A DNA stretch of 64,000 nucleotides from Saprolegnia diclina VS20 (lineage: Eukaryota), in the NCBI RefSeq assembly GCF_000281045.1, contig NW_008246073.1, positions 187,495-251,494 on the forward strand, written 5' to 3'. Shown here piece after piece: positions 57,953-64,000 of this stretch. Positions within the stretch are counted from its first letter, which is position 1, and each line of letters starts with the position of its first letter. Position numbers and translations under genes: made by a program. The notes under the pieces were generated by a model. It did not search any database and was not told the DNA's origin. It saw nothing but the letters and a program-made list of their open reading frames with translations.

Positions 57953-59350
57953 CTAGTGGTGGTGGTCCTGGGTCCACTGGATCGTGCTCGGGTCGATGCC
58001 TTCCTGGACCATTTCCCAGAGCGGGCTCATTTCACGCAGGCGGCCGACGTGCTTGACGCAGAGGTCGATCGCAAAGTCGACTTCAGCTTCGGTCGTGAAG
58101 CGGCCAATGCCAAACCGAATCGACGTGTGCGCAAGGTCCTCGCCGACGCCGATCGCGCGGAGGACGTACGACGGCTCGAGCGACGCGCTCGTGCACGCCG
58201 AGCCACTCGAGACAGCAATGTCCTTGAGCGCCATGAGGAGACTCTCGCCCTCGACGTACGCGAAGCTGAGGTTGACGTTGCCCCAGTAGCGCTGCTTGTC
58301 GTCGCCGTTGAGAATGACGTGCGGGATCTTCTCGTTGATGCCATTCACGAGCTTCTGCGAGAGGTACTGGACCCAGTCGTGGTCGGCTTGCATCTCGCGC
58401 TCCGCGACTTCGCAGGCTTCGCCCATGCCGACGCAGAGCGGGTGCGGCAGCGTGCCGCTACGCAGACCGCGCTCTTGGCCACCACCCGACAAGATGGGCT
58501 CAAGGCGCACGCGCGGGCGGCGGCGAATGTACATGGCGCCGACGCCCTTCGGGCCGTAGACCTTGTGACCCGAGAGCGACATGGCATCAATGTGCATCGC
58601 GTCCACATCGATCGGGAGCTTCCCGAGCATCTGCGCCGCGTCCGTGTGGAAGAAGACCTTGTTGGCGCGGCAGATCTTGCCGAGCTCTTCGAGCGGCTGG
58701 ACGACGCCAATCTCGTTGTTGACCGCAATCACCGACGCCAAGACCGTGTCCGGACGGATTGCGGCCTTAAAGGCCTCAACGTCGACGAGGCCGTTCGTGC
58801 CCACGGGAAGGTACGTGACTTCGTAGCCCTCGCTCTCCATGGCGCGGCACGAGTCGAGCACGCATTTGTGCTCGATCTGCGTCGTGATGATGTGCTTCTT
58901 CTTGGCGCCGTAGAAGCGCGCAATGCCCTTGATGATCGTGTTGTTGGACTCGGTCGCGCCCGACGTAAACATGACTTCCTTGGCGTTGGCCGAAATCAGC
59001 GACGCAACCTGCTCGCGCGCGTGCTCGACAGCATTGTCGGCGTCCCAGCCAAACGCGTGAGTGCGCGAGTGCGGGTTGCCATAGTTGTGCGTCATGTACG
59101 GCATCATCTTGTCGAGGACGCGCGGGTCAAGCGGCGACGTGGCCTGCACGTCGAGGTACGCGGCGCGGCCCGACGAGCTCTGGCCCTTGATCGAAAAGCC
59201 GGGCGAGAAGACTTGGTCCGAGTGGGCATTGGCAATGACGCTCTCGGGCACCTCGTTCACGGGCTTGTAGCGCTTGTCTTCCGGGGCGGAGGCGAAGCTA
59301 CGGCCGAGGCGGCTAATGCGGCGGCCACCGACGCGGAGCGAGGTGAGCAT
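57953..59350 (-). CDS. NFS1: Mitochondrial cysteine desulfurase
   Basis: [35 protein letters not shown] (PLP lysine), SSGSACTS (catalytic Cys), SPLWEM; Arg/Ser-rich presequence. Confidence 0.97.
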   Translation of the reverse strand: MLTSLRVGGRRISRLGRSFASAPEDKRYKPVNEVPESVIANAHSDQVFSPGFSIKGQSSSGRAAYLDVQATSPLDPRVLDKMMPYMTHNYGNPHSRTHAFGWDADNAVEHAREQVASLISANAKEVMFTSGATESNNTIIKGIARFYGAKKKHIITTQIEHKCVLDSCRAMESEGYEVTYLPVGTNGLVDVEAFKAAIRPDTVLASVIAVNNEIGVVQPLEELGKICRANKVFFHTDAAQMLGKLPIDVDAMHIDAMSLSGHKVYGPKGVGAMYIRRRPRVRLEPILSGGGQERGLRSGTLPHPLCVGMGEACEVAEREMQADHDWVQYLSQKLVNGINEKIPHVILNGDDKQRYWGNVNLSFAYVEGESLLMALKDIAVSSGSACTSASLEPSYVLRAIGVGEDLAHTSIRFGIGRFTTEAEVDFAIDLCVKHVGRLREMSPLWEMVQEGIDPSTIQWTQDHHH

Positions 59351-60398
59351 GGCGGAGCGAGATGAGGGGTGGGAAGCTTCGGGAATTCCCAACCGGCCTG
59401 CAATTTCCACCAATTGCCACAAAGCGTGGCCTCAGCCAATCACAGCCGCCGAGCATCCCAGTTGCTTGTAATTCGCTTAGATGAATACATGGGCCCGGGC
59501 CAATCCACGTTTATACTACCAATGAAATGGGATACGTACTTGGTTAGGCGAATGAGCGCAGCAGCACGCTCACACCATCGCAGGTCGCAATGACATGGGG
59601 GACACGGCAAGGGCGCACGGTGAGTGCGCAGATGCGACGTTGCCGGCAACAGCGTCGCTGCGCGTGCGGGGCGGTAGAAGCACGTCGATAGGTTCTGCTG
59701 CACGCTCACCATATATCATTGGTTCGCAGGGCAAGATGGCCGATGCGAGATGAACTCCGAGTGCAAGCAGAAAATGCTGACGAAGGTGCGGGGTCGCATC
59801 GAATCGAGGAGTCGTGTGAGGTTGGTCGAGAAAAAGCTTCCATCGCATTTCTCTTTGGCTCAGCAGAGCTCTGACTGCTCGGAGCCCAAACCACCGCTGC
59901 ATGGAGTGTGGGCACGCAGCTGCTCGCCGTACAGACCTTGGACCTACTGCGTCATTCGTGGTCTCCACCAGACTAGAGCCCTCATTCAAGGCGCAGCCGC
60001 CGCTTGTGTCAACGATGGCAAGCCGAAAGTCGGGTACGTAGTTATGATACGAACCACGCTCGCATACCAAGGTGACGTTGGTAGCAGTGGTCTCGGGTCT
60101 TGGGTCTTGGGTCTTGGGTCGCGCTCGTTGCGCGAGTCCCGCAGCAGCAAGAGCACCCCAGAAATATTCTGTACAACAACCCCTAGATGCGGCGAACTAC
60201 TACTAATGCTAGGCCATTGTTGGCGCGTCAATATATATTTGCAGTGGGTCTTTGCACGCTCGTTCCTGCGCTTGTGATGTGCGTGCAATCGATTGGCATA
60301 GCTCCTTATAAAGATCACCCCTTCTCCACACCCCTCGACAGGTACCCTCCGACGCGTGCAGTTATGGAAAAGGAGCTCAAAATAGTCTGCACGTACCG

Positions 60399-61706
60399 AT
60401 GGTGAGCAGCGAAAAGTCGGCCGATGTGCGTCCGGCGGCGCCGATCCAGCTACCCCATGCGCAGCGGTCGTCCTCCGAGAAGTGGAGTTCCAACCAGCAG
60501 CTCACACTCGAGTACGCCAAGCGCCAAAAGGTGCGTGTCTTCCGCCTTATTTGCTCAATATGACAAAGGATCACAGATGTCGATCGCATGGATCGAACGC
60601 AAACTCGGGCGGGACCTCTTTGCCAACGACGATGCGACCATGGGTGTCCAGCGTGACGACGAGAACGCGCTCTTTGTCCTCTTGCGCTCGGGTGTCGTAC
60701 TGCGGGAGCTGGTACGTTTTTTTATATGGTTGAGTTGTTTGATGGACACTATGGTTCTTAGATGGAGGCGTTGGCGCCGGCGCACGCCAACAAGATGCCA
60801 ATCGCACGGACGTACTCCAAGCTCCTCGCGCCGTGGAAGGAGCGCGAGAACATTTCGATCTTCCTGCACGACTGCCGCATGTACACGCTACCTCCTTTGT
60901 TCAAAGTGGGACGCACCATATACTAGGCTCGGTATGGCGGAAAGCTCCATGTTTTGCACCGACGACTTGTACGAAGGCACCAACATGGTGCAGGTGCGTC
61001 CATATTTTGAAACACCGTGGGTCAAATTTTGTAGGTTTTGTTTGGCCTCCAATACATGCAGTGCTGGTTCCACCCGCAGTCTGGCCTCTCGCCGCGCTCG
61101 ACGGTCTCGTCCCCGCGCTGCATGAAGCCCGGGGAGACACTGGAGGAAGAGGAGCACAACATGATAGAGTTGCTGCCACTCGACGACACCGTCGACCAAG
61201 TCGACGACCACGATCAGGTACAATTTGTTTATGCAATTAATTACGCCTGACAAGACGAGCCATTGTAGGAGAATGAGATTGCGTCGGTCGAGATCGCTGC
61301 CAGTGTCATGCCCGGCCTCGTGGATTACTCGATGGTCAATGCTGCGGCAACCAAAGAAGACGAACCCGTTGCGTCTACGGACGCTGACAACGACGACGAC
61401 GGCGCTCGGGAGCTTTTCGAAGATGAGTCGAGTCCGTTCCCCTTTATGGAGATCGAGAGCATCGAAGCGAGCGACGACGAAAAGTCCAAGGTCACCGACG
61501 CGCTTCTCGCTGCTGTTGTCGACACGGCACCCGTGATCTACCCGGACGCAGTGCGGCTACAGCCGCTGGGTCAAGCAAGGCGCTCAGCCACCGCCCAGTA
61601 CGCCATGCAGGTATCAAAGAATCTCGTTTCTCCTTTGTCGTCATCGCCCATTCAGCCACGCATGGTCTCCACGACATGTAACGTCACGTGCTGCCACGTC
61701 ATGTAA
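60399..61706 (+). CDS. Calponin-homology domain protein with acidic tail and C-terminal CaaX (multi-exon)
   Basis: WIE..L..LRSGVVLREL..ERENISIFL..C..MFCTDDLYEGTNMVQV is a calponin/transgelin-type CH domain; ends TCCHVM*. Confidence 0.8.
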
Positions 61707-61789
61707 AAACGCGACTTGTGTGTCTGTTTAAAACAAAACCCTTGCAAATGGATACGATGCCGCACAGTCGAAAAAACCTGTAGCACTCG

Positions 61790-63439
61790 ATGTTTACGAT
61801 GCTCATGTCGACGCTGGCGGTGGCCGCGCTCGTGGCGTCGAGGGTAGCGCGTGCTGTGACTGCGCCGAGCTCATACCAACGTGGTAGGCTAATGCGGCAA
61901 GTCCGCCTCTTGTTCAGTGGTTCGCGCCTTTTATGAGCGGCGGCGGCTACTGCAGCGAAGCCATCTCGTTCGTCGAAGCGCTCGCCGACTTGGCGTCGCC
62001 GGCATATACGCTGCAGATCACGCAGCACGGCGACTCGTTCAACAACGACTTTGCCGGCCACCTACCAACTGCGACGAAAGACACGCTCGAAGCGCACTGG
62101 TTCAACCCATACTGGTCGCCAGCACCGCCGCACATTGCAGTGTGTCACTCCGAGCCCGGAGCGTGGCACCCCGCGCGGTACCACACAAGCACGTGTCCGC
62201 CGATCGGTACCGTTCGACTTGCGCATGGCGACGAATACAACGAGTCGTAGGCTCGACGTATGCGATCGGTCGAACAATGTTTGAGACCGACCGGATTCCG
62301 TCGGGGTGGGCCGAGCGCATGGCGGCCATGGACGAGATCTGGGTCCCCACGCAGTACGATACGTCGCTCACGCATACGCTGAAGCCGTTGCGTGTAGGTT
62401 CCAGAAGCAGGTGTTCCAAGACGGCGGTGTCCCGGAAGCCAAGCTTGTCGTCGTGCCTGAAGCTGTCGACGTGGCGTATTTTGACCCGGAGAACGCGACG
62501 CCACTGGCCTTGCCTGGCGTCGATGCATCGACGACCGTCTTTCTCTCCATCTTCAAGTACGGAGCCCATTAGTCCTAAATCTCAGTGATGCATCAGGTGG
62601 GAAGAGCGCAAGGGCTGGAAGATCTTGCTGCGCTCGTATTTTGGCGCGTTCCCGCGGGACGCCAACGTGCTTCTCGTGCTCTTGACCAACTCGTACCACA
62701 GCTCGAGCGATTTCGAGGTACTCGGTGTCTTCTTTACTTTTCATGGCATTTTGAACTTGGTCAGGCGATGATTACGGAGTTTGCGCTCGACGACCTGGAG
62801 CGCGACCTTGGTGACTTGCCGCGCGTACACGTCCTTCCGCCGCATTTGCCCCAGGTGCCTTACTACTTATATGTTTCTATCGCAGACACCGACTTATTCC
62901 AGAGCACAGGACGAACTCCCGTCGTTGTACAAGGCGGCGACGGCGTTCGTGCTGCCGTCGCGCGGCGAAGGCTGGGGTCGCCCGCACGTTGAGGCCATGT
63001 CGATGGGACTGCCAGTGATCGCGACCTTTTGGAGCGGACCAACCGAGTTTATGACGCTAGACAACTCGTTTCCGCTGCAGATCGACGGCCTCGTACCGGT
63101 AGCGCACCGAGATTCCCATTGCGAAACTGGGATGACCGGCCTCGCCTTAGATTCTGGACGGCGCGTTCAAAGGCCACTTGTGGGCCAATCCGTCCGAGGC
63201 GCATCTCATCGAGCTCTTGCAGTACGTCGTGGCGCATCCCGAGGTACGTCATTTCGTTTCAAAACCGAGGTTGGATTTGGATGCACATTGGCGCGTAGGA
63301 TGCCAAGGCCAAGGGGCAGCGCGCACGCGCCGACATGGTCGACAAGTATGCGCCGTCGATCCTCGCAAAGATCGTGGATGGGCACTGGCAGCGCATCTTG
63401 GCCCGGTTGCAGAGCGACGAGACGCACGAAGAGTTGTAG
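61790..63439 (+). CDS. Glycosyltransferase family 4 (Glycos_transf_1) protein with signal peptide, multi-exon
   Basis: [53 protein letters not shown] (EX7E); ends HEEL*. Confidence 0.88.
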
Positions 63440-63917
63440 GAATACATTTTCGTTGCTTTTTGTTTTGCGCCGGTCGCGATTATCGGTACCCGTGCGACAC
63501 GACCCCAGATGTTAGAAACTATCACTAGCCTTATTCCTATTGCCGCTAGTTCTTCGTTCGTATTGCGGTCGCACCATCAGGTCACACAGGGCTGGCCATC
63601 CTACTGCACTTGAATGGCCACCCATATCGCAAGCATCTGCAACGAAGACAGTGTCTGGCACATCGCATCGCCGTCGTTGCTTCTCGCGCGTGATGGAAAT
63701 TGTGTGCGTCTGGTGCTCGATGGCGCGCGCTCCATGCAAACGCTGGTCTCCTCCGGAATCGTCTCGGGCCGCTCGCGCTGCCACGTCATGAAACCACGAA
63801 ACGCGTTGCTGAATTTGCTTTGTCACCACGCTGGAGTGTTGGTTCGGAACGATCATCACTCTACTCTGCCACCGCCTGTCTGCCCACACATATACAAATC
63901 ATCGACGAATCCCGCTC

Positions 63918-64000
63918 ATGGCAAGCGTTCTCGCCTCCGACGCCTACAACAAGGTCACGCGTCTCGCCAACGGGCGGCAAGTGAGCTACGCCGACGTCGG
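63918..64000 (+). CDS. 5' end of a probable alpha/beta hydrolase (runs off the window)
   Basis: MASVLASDAYNKVTRLANGRQVSYADV resembles the L.DGR.L.Y..G N-terminal strand of AB-hydrolases; only 27 codons are visible. Confidence 0.4.
   Translation, partial: MASVLASDAYNKVTRLANGRQVSYADV

Noticed and set aside
60095..60120. (GGGTCTT)n heptamer as an interstitial telomere-like repeat
   Set aside because: Under four units and does not match TTTAGGG/TTAGGG; a simple intergenic repeat.

Overview
Gene-dense eukaryotic DNA with GC-rich codons and many very short introns (mostly 44-57 nt, GT-AG). Gene content and intron style suggest an oomycete, probably Saprolegniales; this is an inference, not a database result. 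Recognisable genes: eIF4A-III, DCP2, cornichon, FIS1, an RME-8/DNAJC13-like giant, a DUF2807-type surface protein, mitochondrial uL13, a two-repeat Myb factor, a hAT-derived BED-finger protein, a TTC23-like EF-hand/TPR protein, a P4-ATPase-guanylate cyclase fusion, WASH1, an Hrq1-like helicase, a ZRSR-like splicing factor (spans an N-gap), NFS1, a CH-domain protein and a GT4 glycosyltransferase. Main candidates for undescribed biology: (1) a 12-kb array (3.1-15.1 kb) of a ~940-aa family with an apparently ligand-less 2OG-Fe(II) oxygenase-like domain, CxxC and a C-terminal NLS-like motif, present as one intact copy, three broken copies and an inverted fragment; (2) three small divergent tandem paralogs (55.1-57.7 kb) with a PB1/beta-grasp-like C-terminus that share an identical upstream 11-mer AAAGATCGCCA plus AACCGGTT-type palindromes; (3) a spliced gene next to WASH1 with two thymosin/WH2-like repeats and an acidic-Trp motif. 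Exon boundaries were derived by eye; multi-exon CDS coordinates are outer spans.
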